Assembly: GCA_944387425.1 (NCBI GenBank)
Contig: CALXEV010000002.1
Coordinates: 13,673 to 77,672, forward strand
Direction of reading: 5' to 3'
DNA from: an uncultured Clostridia bacterium
GTDB lineage: Bacteria > Bacillota > Clostridia > TANB77 > CAG-508
Length of the DNA: 64,000 nt
Shown: positions 27,900 through 38,900 of the stretch, in pieces
Numbering within the stretch: position 1 is the first letter of the stretch
How the letters are laid out: each line of letters opens with the position of its first letter
Notes under the pieces: model-generated
Databases searched by the model: none
What the model was told of the DNA's origin: nothing
Seen by the model: only the letters and a program-made list of their open reading frames with translations
Translations under genes and position numbers: made by a program

Positions 27900-29660
27900 A
27901 TGTATAGAACACACAATTTGGGAGAACTAAGAATATCAAACATAGGAGAAGAAGTAGAACTATCTGGTTGGATACAAAAAATTCGTAATTTAGGCGGAAT
28001 GATATTCATAGATTTAAGAGACGAATTCGGAATAACACAAATAGTAATAAATGATGAAAAACTACAAGAACAAGCTAAAGAATTTACAACAGAAAGCTGT
28101 GTGCACATATATGGAAAAGTTGTGGAAAGAAGCAACAAAAATCCTAAGATGGAGACGGGAGAAATAGAAGTTATTGCTAATAAAATAGAAGTATTAGGAA
28201 AATGTAAAAATGTATTACCATTTGAAATAAATACAGACCAAGAAGTAAGAGAAGATTTAAGATTAGAATATAGATTTTTAGACTTACGTAATCAAAAATT
28301 ACATGACACAATATTATTACGTTCAAAAATACTAAAAACTATTAGAGATAGAATGGATGAATTAGGATTTAGTGAAATTCAAACACCAATACTTGCAAAT
28401 TCATCACCAGAAGGAGCAAGAGACTTTTTAGTACCAAGTAGATTACATCCAGGTGAATTTTATGCATTACCACAAGCACCACAACAATTTAAACAATTGT
28501 TAATGGTAAGTGGATTTGATAAATATTATCAAATAGCTCCATGCTTTAGAGATGAAGACCCACGTGCTGATAGAGCTCCAGGAGAATTTTACCAATTAGA
28601 CTTTGAAATGAGTTTTGCAACTCAAGAAGATGTATTCAAAGTAATCGAAGAAGTAGTGCCATACACATTCAAGAAATTTACAAATTGGAAAATAGAAGAT
28701 GGACAAATACTAAGAATTCCTTATAAAGAAGCAATGGAAAAATACGGAATTGATAAACCAGACTTGCGTAATCCATTAATCATTCAAGATGTAACAAAAG
28801 TATTTGAAAATACAGAATTTAATGCATTCAAAGGAAAAACAATTAAAGCAATCATAGTACCAAATGGTGCAGAACAAGGAAGAAAATTCTTTGATAAAAT
28901 GACAGAGTTTGCAGTAGAAGAATGTGAAGCAAAAGGTTTAGCATGGACAAAATTTGAACAAGATGGAAATGTTCAAGGAGGAATTGCTAAATTCATAACA
29001 GATGAAGCAAAATCAAAATTAGAAAACGAATTTGGAGCAAAAGCAGGAGATAGCATATTCTTTATTGCTGATGAATTACACAATGCACAAAAAATTTCGG
29101 GACTAGTACGTATAGAATTAGGAAAACGTCTAGATTTAATCGAAAAAGATGTATATAAATTCTGCTTTATAATAGACTTTCCAATGTATGAACTATCAGA
29201 TGAAGGAACTATAGACTTTTGCCATAACCCATTTTCAATGCCACAAGGTGGGTTAGAAGCATTAAACACAAAAGACCCATTAGATATACTTGCATATCAA
29301 TATGATTTAGTATGTAATGGATATGAAATGGCATCTGGAGCAGTAAGAAATCATGATCCAGAAATAATGGTAAAAGCATTTGAAATAGCAGGTTATACAG
29401 AGGAAGATGTAAAAAATAGATTTGGAGCATTATATAATGCATTTCAATATGGAACACCACCACATGCAGGAGCAGCACCAGGAATTGATAGAATGGTAAT
29501 GCTAATAGCAGACTCAACAAATATTAGAGAAGTAATTGCATTCCCTAAAAATAAAAAAGCAAGAGACTTATTAATGAGAGCACCATCAGTTGTTTCAAAA
29601 CAACAATTAGATGATGTACATATTCAAATAAAGGAAAGGGAAAAAGATGAAGAAATATAA
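27900..29660 (+). CDS. aspS: Aspartyl-tRNA synthetase
   Basis: The 586-aa class IIb synthetase has FRDEDPRADR (motif 2), QLDFEMSF and GxGxGxDR-like GIDRMVMLI (motif 3), plus an N-terminal OB anticodon-binding domain. Confidence 0.95.
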   Translation: MYRTHNLGELRISNIGEEVELSGWIQKIRNLGGMIFIDLRDEFGITQIVINDEKLQEQAKEFTTESCVHIYGKVVERSNKNPKMETGEIEVIANKIEVLGKCKNVLPFEINTDQEVREDLRLEYRFLDLRNQKLHDTILLRSKILKTIRDRMDELGFSEIQTPILANSSPEGARDFLVPSRLHPGEFYALPQAPQQFKQLLMVSGFDKYYQIAPCFRDEDPRADRAPGEFYQLDFEMSFATQEDVFKVIEEVVPYTFKKFTNWKIEDGQILRIPYKEAMEKYGIDKPDLRNPLIIQDVTKVFENTEFNAFKGKTIKAIIVPNGAEQGRKFFDKMTEFAVEECEAKGLAWTKFEQDGNVQGGIAKFITDEAKSKLENEFGAKAGDSIFFIADELHNAQKISGLVRIELGKRLDLIEKDVYKFCFIIDFPMYELSDEGTIDFCHNPFSMPQGGLEALNTKDPLDILAYQYDLVCNGYEMASGAVRNHDPEIMVKAFEIAGYTEEDVKNRFGALYNAFQYGTPPHAGAAPGIDRMVMLIADSTNIREVIAFPKNKKARDLLMRAPSVVSKQQLDDVHIQIKEREKDEEI

Positions 29661-31104
29661 ATTAGAAATAATAGTATTTTTAAGTGGTGCAATAGGAATG
29701 GGACTTGAACTAATAGCAGCGAGAGTCCTTTCTCCTTATGTAGGAAGTTCAAATGTAGTATGGACAAGCATAATTGGAATAATTTTAGTAAGTATGAGCT
29801 TGGGATATTGGCTTGGAGGAAAAAAAGCAGATAAAGAAGCTAGTGGAAATGTCCTATCTAGATTATTATTAGGTTCAGCACTATTCACAAGTATTATTCC
29901 ATTATTAGAAACTATAGTTGTGAAAGAATTTGCGGGAATAGTAAGTAATTTAATAGTTGCAGCAATATTATGTGCAATAATAGTATTTTCAATTCCAAGT
30001 TTTATTTTAGCAATGATTTCACCATTTGCTGTGAAAATGAAAAGTATGCAAGAAACAGAAATAGGCTCACTATCTGGTAGAATATCATCACTTTCAACAA
30101 TAGGAAGTATAACAGGTACATTTTTGATGGGATTTGTATTAATTCCTAATATTGGTGTAACAAATATAAATATAGGAATAACAATATTATTAGTTGTAAT
30201 GTCAATTCTAGCAAGAGATGATATAAACAAAAAATATATTTTATCAACAATATCTTTAGTTGTTGTAATGATAATTTTGATGTTTATAGGCAAATGGGTA
30301 TTCAAATTAGCAAACCCAGAAATTTTAGTAGATACAGACTCACAATATAGTAGAATATGGGTAAAACAAATAAATACCTCTAAAACAACATATAAAACAT
30401 TACAAGTCGACACAGGGTTGGAATCTTATATAGATACTGAAACTGGAGAAATGGGAGCAATGTATTTAAGATATTATGACTTATTTGAATATCTTAATAA
30501 AGATGCAAAAAGTACATTAATGATAGGTGGAGCAGCTTATACATATCCAATACATTATTTACAAAAATATCAAGATAAAACAATTGATGTAGTAGAAATA
30601 GATGAAAAAATGACCCAAATTGCAGAAGAACAATTTGGGTTAAATACTAAAGATGAAAGATTAAAAATTTATACACAAGATGGTAGAAGCTATTTGAACT
30701 ATAGTGAAAATAAATATGACACAATACTAATAGATGCTTTTAAAGGACTTAATGCTCCATTTGAATTAACAACATATGAAGCACTTATTCATGCCAAAAA
30801 TATGTTAAATGACAATGGAATAGTATTAACAAATATAATATCTTCATTAGAAGGTGAAGATGCGGATTTTATTAAATATGAATATGCAACATATAAGGCT
30901 GTTTTTGATGATGTAAAAATATTTCAAGTACAAGATAGAGATTATACAGAAAGTCAAAACTTAATTTTAGTTGGAATAAAAGGTAATCCTCAAATAAACG
31001 AAGATAAATATGAAGAATATAAAAATTATCTTAATATGGAAATCACAAATTTTAAAACAGGTAAGAACATTGTAACAGATGATTTTGCTCCTATTGGAAA
31101 CTAA
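29647..31104 (+). CDS. Fused membrane-domain / spermidine-synthase-like protein
   Basis: The N-terminal half has about 7 TM helices. The C-terminal half is spermidine-synthase-fold-like (TLMIGGAAYTYP...IDVVEID...ILIDAF). It overlaps the aspS 3' end by 14 nt. Confidence 0.75.
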   Translation: MKKYKLEIIVFLSGAIGMGLELIAARVLSPYVGSSNVVWTSIIGIILVSMSLGYWLGGKKADKEASGNVLSRLLLGSALFTSIIPLLETIVVKEFAGIVSNLIVAAILCAIIVFSIPSFILAMISPFAVKMKSMQETEIGSLSGRISSLSTIGSITGTFLMGFVLIPNIGVTNINIGITILLVVMSILARDDINKKYILSTISLVVVMIILMFIGKWVFKLANPEILVDTDSQYSRIWVKQINTSKTTYKTLQVDTGLESYIDTETGEMGAMYLRYYDLFEYLNKDAKSTLMIGGAAYTYPIHYLQKYQDKTIDVVEIDEKMTQIAEEQFGLNTKDERLKIYTQDGRSYLNYSENKYDTILIDAFKGLNAPFELTTYEALIHAKNMLNDNGIVLTNIISSLEGEDADFIKYEYATYKAVFDDVKIFQVQDRDYTESQNLILVGIKGNPQINEDKYEEYKNYLNMEITNFKTGKNIVTDDFAPIGN

Positions 31105-31111
31105 AAAACTC

Positions 31112-31140
31112 TTTACAAACTCACAAAAGTATGTTACAAT
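31112..31140 (+). promoter_or_regulatory. Promoter of the pheST leader
   Basis: TTTACA (31112-31117), a 17-nt spacer and TACAAT (31135-31140), with an extended -10 TG. Confidence 0.6.
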
Positions 31141-31146
31141 ATGGAC

Positions 31147-31404
31147 TATAATATAAAATCCTATGAAAAAGCAAAGTAGATATATTTATAAAGTATCACA
31201 GAGAAAATGACATAGCTGAGAGTCATTTATACAAAATATATTGAAAATTCACTTTGGAGGACTTACCTTGAAAATAGTAGAGGTAAGCGGTTGAACCGTT
31301 AAAACTACAATGAGGTTAATAATGCTAATATAAATGTTAGCTATTAATAAAATTAGGTGGTAACACGTTTAAATTCGTCCTATATGAATAGGGCGAATTT
31401 TTTT
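31147..31404 (+). promoter_or_regulatory. T-box riboswitch leader, Phe-specific
   Basis: AGAGA- and GNUGAGAG-type Stem I elements are present (cacagagaaaatg, gctgagagtc). The specifier is UUC (31248-31250), followed by A. The T-box sequence is aaattaggtggtaacacg (31349-31366). The terminator is aattcgtcct/agggcgaatt (31372-31399) plus a T-run. Confidence 0.88.
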
Positions 31405-31464
31405 GAGCAAAAAAGAACCGGCACCAAATGTCAAATTTGCCACCAAGGTACGTCCCCGTGACAA
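31405..31464 (-). repeat. Composite intergenic repeat (module 2 plus module 1) inside the pheS leader
   Basis: gagcaaaaaagaaccggcaccaaatgtcaaat is followed by ttgccaccaaggtacgtccccgtgacaa. Its reverse complement aligns almost base for base with 19165-19223. Confidence 0.88.
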
Positions 31465-31487
31465 AATTTATGAAAGGAGAAAATCGC

Positions 31488-32567
31488 ATGAAAGAAAAAA
31501 TTTCAAAAATCAAACAAAACGCACTAGAAGAAATATCAAATATACAAGAGAACTTAAAAGGTGCAGAGCTAGAAAATGCATTGAAAACTTTAAACGAAAT
31601 AAAAGTAAAATACTTAGGAAAAAAAGGAGAATTAACAAGTGTATTAAGAGGAATGGGAGCATTAGCACCAGAAGAAAGACCTGTTATTGGAAGCCTTGTA
31701 AATGAAGTAAGAGAAGAAATAGAAAACTCTTTAAAAGAAAAAGAAGAAAAACTAAAAGAAGCAGAATTGCAAGAAAAACTTGAAAAAGAGACAATAGACA
31801 TCACACTTCCAGGAACAAAAATAAAAAGAGGAAGCAAACACCCTGTAAACAGAGTAATAGAAGAAATAGAAGATTTATTTGTGTCTATGGGATATGATGT
31901 TATACCAGGACCAGAATTAGAAACAGACGAATTTTGTTTTGAAAGATTAAATCTTCCAAAAGGACATCCAGCAAGAGATATGCAAGACAGTTTTTACATA
32001 ACAAATGAATATTTATTAAGAACTCAAACATCAGCAGTTCAAGCAAGAGCAATGCTTGCAAACAAAGAAAAAACACCAATCAGAATGATATGTGCAGGAA
32101 AAACATATCGTAGAGAAGATGATGCAACACATTCACATCAATTTGGTCAAGTAGAAGGATTAGTAATAGATAAAAAAGAAAGAAATGTATCATTAGCTGA
32201 TTTAAAAGGAACATTAGAAGTATTTGTAAAAAAGCTAATAGGAAAAAACTGCGAATTACGTTTTAGACCAAGTTATTTCCCATTCACAGAACCATCATAT
32301 GAAGTAGATGTTAGTTGTTTCAAATGTGGTGGAAAAGGATGTAATCTATGTAAACACACAGGCTGGATAGAAGTATTAGGTTCAGGAATAGTACATCCAA
32401 ATGTATTGAAAATGAATGGGTATGACCCAAATGAATATGGAGGATTTGCATTTGGAACAGGACTTGAAAGACTAGCAATGTTTAAATATGGAATACCTGA
32501 TATGAGATATTTATATGCAAATGATGTTAGATTTTTAAATCAATTTGACAGAAAGGATGAGGAATAA
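31488..32567 (+). CDS. pheS: Phenylalanyl-tRNA synthetase alpha subunit
   Basis: The protein has [11 protein letters not shown], a class II core ([11 protein letters not shown], GxGxGxER-like [10 protein letters not shown]). ATG 31488 follows the RBS gaaaggag. The track start 31428 is a read-through of the repeat. Confidence 0.95.
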   Translation: MKEKISKIKQNALEEISNIQENLKGAELENALKTLNEIKVKYLGKKGELTSVLRGMGALAPEERPVIGSLVNEVREEIENSLKEKEEKLKEAELQEKLEKETIDITLPGTKIKRGSKHPVNRVIEEIEDLFVSMGYDVIPGPELETDEFCFERLNLPKGHPARDMQDSFYITNEYLLRTQTSAVQARAMLANKEKTPIRMICAGKTYRREDDATHSHQFGQVEGLVIDKKERNVSLADLKGTLEVFVKKLIGKNCELRFRPSYFPFTEPSYEVDVSCFKCGGKGCNLCKHTGWIEVLGSGIVHPNVLKMNGYDPNEYGGFAFGTGLERLAMFKYGIPDMRYLYANDVRFLNQFDRKDEE

Positions 32568-34930
32568 TGAAACTAAGTACAAATTTTGTAAAAGACTATG
32601 TAGATATAGATGTAGATGTACACCAACTTGCAGAAGATATGACAAGAATAGGTAATGAATATGATAGTGCTGGTAAATTAATCAATGCAACAAAACTAGT
32701 AATAGGAAAAATCATAGAATGCAAAGACCATCCAGATTCAGATCACTTACATCTATGCAAAGTGGATATAGGAACTGAAATTCTAGATATAGTATGTGGT
32801 GCACCAAATGCAAGAAAAGGAATAAAAGTAATTGTAGCACTAGATGGTGCAGAACTTCCAGAAAAAACAATAAAAAGAGGAATGATTAGAGGTCAAGAAT
32901 CAAATGGAATGATGTGCTCAATAGCAGAATTAGGTATGGAAAATAAATTCTTAAAACCAGAAGATAAAGAAGGAATAGCAGAATTAGGCGAAGATGCAGT
33001 TATTGGAGGAGACCCTATACAATATCTTGGATTAGATGATGGAGTAATAGATTTTGATTTAACTGCAAATAGAGGAGATTTATTAAGTATCTTAGGAATG
33101 GCATATGAAATAGGTGCAATATATGATAAACCTGTAAAAGAAGTAGACCTAAAACACAAAGAACAAGGTGAGGACTTAAATAAAAGCTTTAAAACAGAAG
33201 TAAAAACAGAAAATTGTAAATTATTACTTGTAAAAAAAGTAGAAAATGTAGAAATCAAAGAAAGTCCAACATTTATAAAAAATAGACTAATAGCTTCTGG
33301 AATAAGACCAATAAATAATGTTGTAGATATCAGTAATTATGTAATGCTAGAATTAGGTCAACCATTACATTTCTATGATGCTGATAGACTAGGAAATACT
33401 TTAATTGTAAGAATGGCAGAAGAGGGAGAAAAATTAACAACACTTGATAATATAGAAAGAACATTAAGTGATACAGATATAGTAATAGCAGATAGTACAC
33501 ATGGTGTCGGATTAGCAGGTGTAATGGGAGGACTTGAAACAGAAGTTGAACCAGATACAAAAAATGTAATAATAGAATCAGCGATTTTCGATTCTGTAAA
33601 AATAAGATTGACATCAAATAAAATATTAAGAAGTGAAGCAAGTAACAGATTTGAAAAAGGATTAGACCCAGCAAGAACACATATGGCAATAGAAAGAGCA
33701 TGTGCATTACTTGAAAAATATGCAAATGGAAAAGTTGTAACTGGAACAGTAAAATATGATAAAACAGAAAATAAAGAAAAAGAAATAGATATAACATTCC
33801 AAAACATAAATGATGTTCTTGGTGCAAAAATTCCAAATGAGGAAATCCTTAATGTATTTAGAAAATTAGGATTTACTTACAAAGTAAAAGGTGAAACTAT
33901 AACAGTCAAAGTACCAACAAGAAGATTAGACATATCTATAAAAGAAGACTTAATAGAAGAAGTAAGTCGTATATATGGTGTAGACAATATTCAAGGAAAA
34001 CTTCCAACAGTACCTATGAAAGCAGGAAGTTATGATAAAACACAAAGAGAAATACGCAATAAAATGATTGCACTAGGTTTAAATGAAACCTTATCATATA
34101 TATTGATAAATGATAAAGAAGCTCATAAATTCACAACAGATGATTTCGAAGAATTACACTTATTAGCACCAATTACAGAAGACAGAAATACATTAAGATA
34201 TACTATGATACCATCTCTTTATAAAATATATGAATATAATAATGCACATGGACAAAAAGATGTATCAATATTCGAAATAGGAAAAGGATTCTATAAAAAA
34301 GGAGAAGTATATGGAGAAGACACAAAATTATGTGCATTAATGACAGGAAAATACTTCTTAGGATTAAACAATAATAAAAATGTAGACTTTTATGCAATCA
34401 AAGGTGTATTAGAAGAAATATTAGAATATCTTGGATATGCAGGAAGATATACATTAGTAAAACAAGAAATGCCAAAAGAATTTCATCCAGGACAAAGTGC
34501 ATATATAAATGTTAATGGAACAAATGTTGGAATAATTGGTAAATTACATCCAAATGTAACAAAAGATGATGTATATGTGTTTGAAATAAATTTAGATGAA
34601 TTATTCAAAAAGAGAGTAGGAAAAATGAAATATAAAGAAATTTCTAAATTTCCAAATATTAAAAAAGATGTTGCATTTGTTGTTGACAAAAACATTATTT
34701 CAAAAGATATAGAAAAAGTAATCAAAAATGCTGGCGGAAGCTTGCTTATAGATATAGAAGTTTTTGATGTTTATACAGGTTCAAATGTAGCAGATGATAA
34801 AAAATCTATAGCTTATTCATTAACATTTAATGATAGTAAAAAAACATTAACAGATGAAGAAGTAAATAATTTAATGGAAAAAGTTATCGAAAATGTTAGT
34901 AAGAAATTTTCGGCAGAGATAAGAAAATAA
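32567..34930 (+). CDS. pheT: Phenylalanyl-tRNA synthetase beta subunit
   Basis: The 787-aa protein has an N-terminal tRNA-binding OB domain (HPDSDHLHLCKVDIG), then B3/4, B5 and a C-terminal FDX-ACB-like domain. The start overlaps the pheS stop. Confidence 0.95.
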   Translation: MKLSTNFVKDYVDIDVDVHQLAEDMTRIGNEYDSAGKLINATKLVIGKIIECKDHPDSDHLHLCKVDIGTEILDIVCGAPNARKGIKVIVALDGAELPEKTIKRGMIRGQESNGMMCSIAELGMENKFLKPEDKEGIAELGEDAVIGGDPIQYLGLDDGVIDFDLTANRGDLLSILGMAYEIGAIYDKPVKEVDLKHKEQGEDLNKSFKTEVKTENCKLLLVKKVENVEIKESPTFIKNRLIASGIRPINNVVDISNYVMLELGQPLHFYDADRLGNTLIVRMAEEGEKLTTLDNIERTLSDTDIVIADSTHGVGLAGVMGGLETEVEPDTKNVIIESAIFDSVKIRLTSNKILRSEASNRFEKGLDPARTHMAIERACALLEKYANGKVVTGTVKYDKTENKEKEIDITFQNINDVLGAKIPNEEILNVFRKLGFTYKVKGETITVKVPTRRLDISIKEDLIEEVSRIYGVDNIQGKLPTVPMKAGSYDKTQREIRNKMIALGLNETLSYILINDKEAHKFTTDDFEELHLLAPITEDRNTLRYTMIPSLYKIYEYNNAHGQKDVSIFEIGKGFYKKGEVYGEDTKLCALMTGKYFLGLNNNKNVDFYAIKGVLEEILEYLGYAGRYTLVKQEMPKEFHPGQSAYINVNGTNVGIIGKLHPNVTKDDVYVFEINLDELFKKRVGKMKYKEISKFPNIKKDVAFVVDKNIISKDIEKVIKNAGGSLLIDIEVFDVYTGSNVADDKKSIAYSLTFNDSKKTLTDEEVNNLMEKVIENVSKKFSAEIRK

Positions 34931-34931
34931 A

Positions 34932-34972
34932 AAATAAAGTGTGGAAAAATTTAACTCCACACTTTATTTTTT
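34932..34972 (+). terminator. Terminator of pheST
   Basis: A 14-bp stem, aaataaagtgtgga (34932-34945) pairing with tccacactttattt (34956-34969), followed by a T-run. Confidence 0.85.
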
Positions 34973-35050
34973 GACTAAAAACGCCTTGAAAGTCAACATA
35001 CACAAAGGACTCAAAAAACAACAAAATGAGATAAAAAAATACAAAAAAGT

Positions 35051-35079
35051 TTGCAATAAAACTTGCATTATGTTATAAA
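35051..35079 (+). promoter_or_regulatory. Promoter of the adhesin gene
   Basis: TTGCAA (35051-35056), a 17-nt spacer and TATAAA (35074-35079), with an extended -10 TG. Confidence 0.5.
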
Positions 35080-35149
35080 TATAATAGGAAAACTAGATGA
35101 TAAAATAATAAACTTAAAATTTTCGGAAGATGAAAGAAAAGAGGTTCTT

Positions 35150-35635
35150 ATGAAAAAAAGAATTGCTATAATATCTGTTATATTTCTGGTTTTAGCATAT
35201 ATAATATTTAATGCTATAAGTTATGCTAATGCCACACTAACAGTACACTTAGAAACTGCAGATACGAGTAATGTTGGCTATGGAATAGGAAATCCATTAC
35301 AACAGGGAATTAATATTTGGGATTTACGAAATACTGCAAACAAGAAAAATTTATATTGTATTAGGGCAGATTACTCAGATACATGGAATAATGATGGAAG
35401 AACAACTGATGTAAATTATAATTTATCATATGACTTGCAAAATGATAGAGAAAAAATATTAAATTATTTAACAGACAATGGAAATGATGGAGATGAATTA
35501 TTAAAACAATTATTAAATCCATCAGGAAATGCATATAGACAATTATTGTGGTTATTTGATAATGCATATCTAGAAGAGGAAGATGCTGAAACATATTTAA
35601 ATAATCTAGGTCTATATGATTCAAAGACATTATAG
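35150..35635 (+). pseudogene. N-terminal fragment of the thioester-domain adhesin (signal peptide plus the Cys-bearing half of the TED)
   Basis: The fragment starts MKKRIAIISVIFLVLAYIIFNAISYANA (signal peptide; RBS aagagg) and contains the NLYCIRAD Cys motif. It ends at TAG 35633-35635, while the downstream frame is already open from 35620. Confidence 0.75.
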
Positions 35636-35943
35636 CAGTACAGAAAGCAGCAGTTTGGTATTTTACAAACTATAGAGTAGGTAACAATGGCTCATATAAT
35701 AGAAAAGGGAGTTCATCATCTTGGTTATATTTAACTACAGATGGAGGCTCAAGTTTTAGAGCAATATCAGATATTGGCGTATCAGGTCAAGATAGAAGCT
35801 ATGAAGCACAATTACTTTATGATTATTTAGTTACACAGGCAGAAGAACAAGCTGGAAAATATACTGCATCAAACAATTATAATCTAAACACAAAACCTGC
35901 AAGTGTAGATACAAGTGGATTAACTGAACAAAATGGAAAATAT

Positions 35944-38900
35944 GTGGTAAATGCAGAAATAAGCTCAGATTATGATTATAATATAGTAGGACCAATTGTA
36001 ATAGATAAAAATAGCACATCTGATTATAGTATTTCTATGACAGTTACAAATCAAAGCGGAACAACAATTCATTCATCAAATTATAGTTTTGTAGATAAAA
36101 ATGGCAATTCTTTAGGAAGTGTAACATTAAAAGATTTAGTAGGTAGAAGCGGAGGATTTTATGTAAAAGTTGCTAGGAATTTAGCTACTACCGTAAATAT
36201 AAAAATAGAAATAACAAGTAATGTAACAAAGAAAACTTTATGGCTAAAAGGTACAGAATCATCAAATCAAATAAAATTAAGTGGAACAGGTGAAGCAGAA
36301 CAACCAATTGTAGAAATATCAGAAGCTCCTGAAACTGAAACAGTGGAATTAACTGGAACACCTGAAACAATAAATATACCTGTAACAAAATCATGGTCAG
36401 ATAGTAATAATCAAGATGGTTTAAGGTCAACTTCAGTAACGGTAACATTATATGCAAATAATGTAGCAGTAAATGGAAAAACACTAACATTAAATTCATC
36501 AAATAGCTGGAAAGGAACATTTACAGATTTACCAAAATACAAAAATGGAATAGAAATAACATACACAGTAAAGGAGAATAATCCGCCAACAGGATATACG
36601 CCAACAGTAAGTGGTTCAATAACAAATGGATTTACAGTAACAAATACACATACTCCAGAAACAATAGAAATTCCAGTAACAAAAATATGGGCAGATAATA
36701 ATAACCAAGATGGAATAAGACCACTTTCAGTAACAGTAGCTCTTTATGCAGATAATGTTGCAGTAAGTGGAAAAACATTAACTCTAAATAGTTCAAATGG
36801 ATGGAAAGGAACATTTACAGATTTACCTAAAAATAAGGATGGAAGAGAAATTGTTTATACAGTTAGAGAAAACAATCCACCAACAGGATATACGCCAACA
36901 GTAAATGGTTCAATATCAAGTGGATTTACAGTAACAAATACACATACACCTGAAACCATAAATATACCAGTAGAAAAAATATGGGAAGATAACAATAATC
37001 AAGATAGAATAAGACCAGCTTCAGTAATAGTGACATTATATGCAGATAATGAAGCAGTAGGTGGAAAATCGTTAACATTAACTTCTTCAAACAGTTGGAG
37101 AGGAACGTTTACAAATTTACCAAAATATAAAGATGGAGAAATAATAAAGTATACAGTTAAAGAAGAGATTGTGCCTTCAGAATATGAAGTTTCTGTAGAT
37201 GGCACAATAGAAGAAGGATTTACAGTAACAAATACGCATATACCAGAGACAATAGATATACCAGTAACAAAAGAATGGGTAGATAATAATAATCAAGATG
37301 GAATAAGACCAAATTCAATAACAGTAAAATTATATGCAGATGATATAGTTGTTGAAGGAAAAATATTAACATTAAATGCATCAAATGGATGGAGAGGAAC
37401 ATTTACAGATTTACCTAAATATAAAAACGGAAATGAAATAAAATATACAGTAAAAGAAGATACTGAACTATCAGGATATATACCAACAATAGATGGCTCT
37501 ATGGCAGATGGATTTATAATAACTAATACACATGCTCCAGAAACAATAGAAATTCCAGTAACAAAAGTGTGGTCAGATAGTGAAAATCAAGATGGAATAA
37601 GACCAACTTCAGTAATTGTAGCATTATATGCAGATGGAGTTGCAGTAAGTGGAAAAACAATAACTTTAAATAGCTCAAATGGTTGGAAAGGAACATTTAC
37701 AGACTTACCAAAATATAAAAATGGAAATAAAATAAAATATACAGTAAAAGAAGATGAACCACCAATAGGATATACACCATCAGTAAGCGGTTCAGCAGAA
37801 GAAGGATTTATAGTAACAAATACACATACTTCAGAAAATGTAGATATTCCGGTAGAAAAAGCATGGGTAGATAGTGAAAATCAAGATGGAATAAGACCAA
37901 CTTCAGTAATTGTAGCATTATATGCAGATGGAGTTGCAGTAAGTGGAAAAACAATAACTTTAAATAGCTCAAATGGTTGGAAAGGAACATTTACAGACTT
38001 ACCAAAATATAAAAATGGAAATAAAATAAAATATACAGTAAAAGAAGATGAACCACCAATAGGATATACACCATCAGTAAGCGGTTCAGTAGAAGAAGGA
38101 TTTACAGTAACAAATACACATGTACCAGATACAATAGAAATACCAGTAACAAAAACATGGTCAGATAATGGAGATCAAGATGGGATAAGACCAACTTCAG
38201 TAACAGTAACATTATATGCAAATGATGTAGCTGTAGAAGGAAAAACAATAACTTTAAATACAGAAAATCAATGGAAAGGAACATTTGCGGATTTACCCAA
38301 ATATCAAGATGGAAAAGAAATAGTTTATACAGTAAAAGAGGACAATCCACAAGAAGGATATACAGTAGAAATAACTGGTACAATTGAAGAAGGATTTACA
38401 GTAACAAATACGCATAAACCTGAAACTATAAGTATTCCGGTAGAGAAAGTATGGGTAGATAATGAAAATCAAGATGGAATAAGACCACCAGAAATAACAG
38501 TAACATTATATGCAAATGATATGGCTGTAGAAGGAAAAACAATAACATTAAATGCAGAAAATGAATGGAAAGGAACATTTGCGGATTTACCTAAATATGA
38601 AAGTGGAGAAGAAATAAAATATACAATAAAGGAAAATGATGTTTTATCAGGATATAAAGTAGCAATTGGTGGAACAGTAACAGATGGATTTACAATAACA
38701 AATACACATGAGACAGATGAAACTTCAATTACAGTAACAAAAGTATGGGAAGATAATAATAATCAAGATGGAATAAGACCACCAGAAATAACAGCAACAT
38801 TATATGCAAATGAAAAACCTAAGGAAACAATAACACTATCTGAAGGAAAATGGACACATACTTTTACTGGATTACCTGTAATGGAAAATGGAACCAAAAT

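Noticed and set aside
31403-31705. Track ORFs 31403..31705 and the 31428 start of pheS, plus the 22945..23136 (-) ORF, which share the peptide EPAPNVK
   Set aside because: The shared peptide is simply the translation of repeat module 2. The true pheS start is ATG 31488, which has an RBS. The other ORFs have no RBS and overlap the leader or the repeats.
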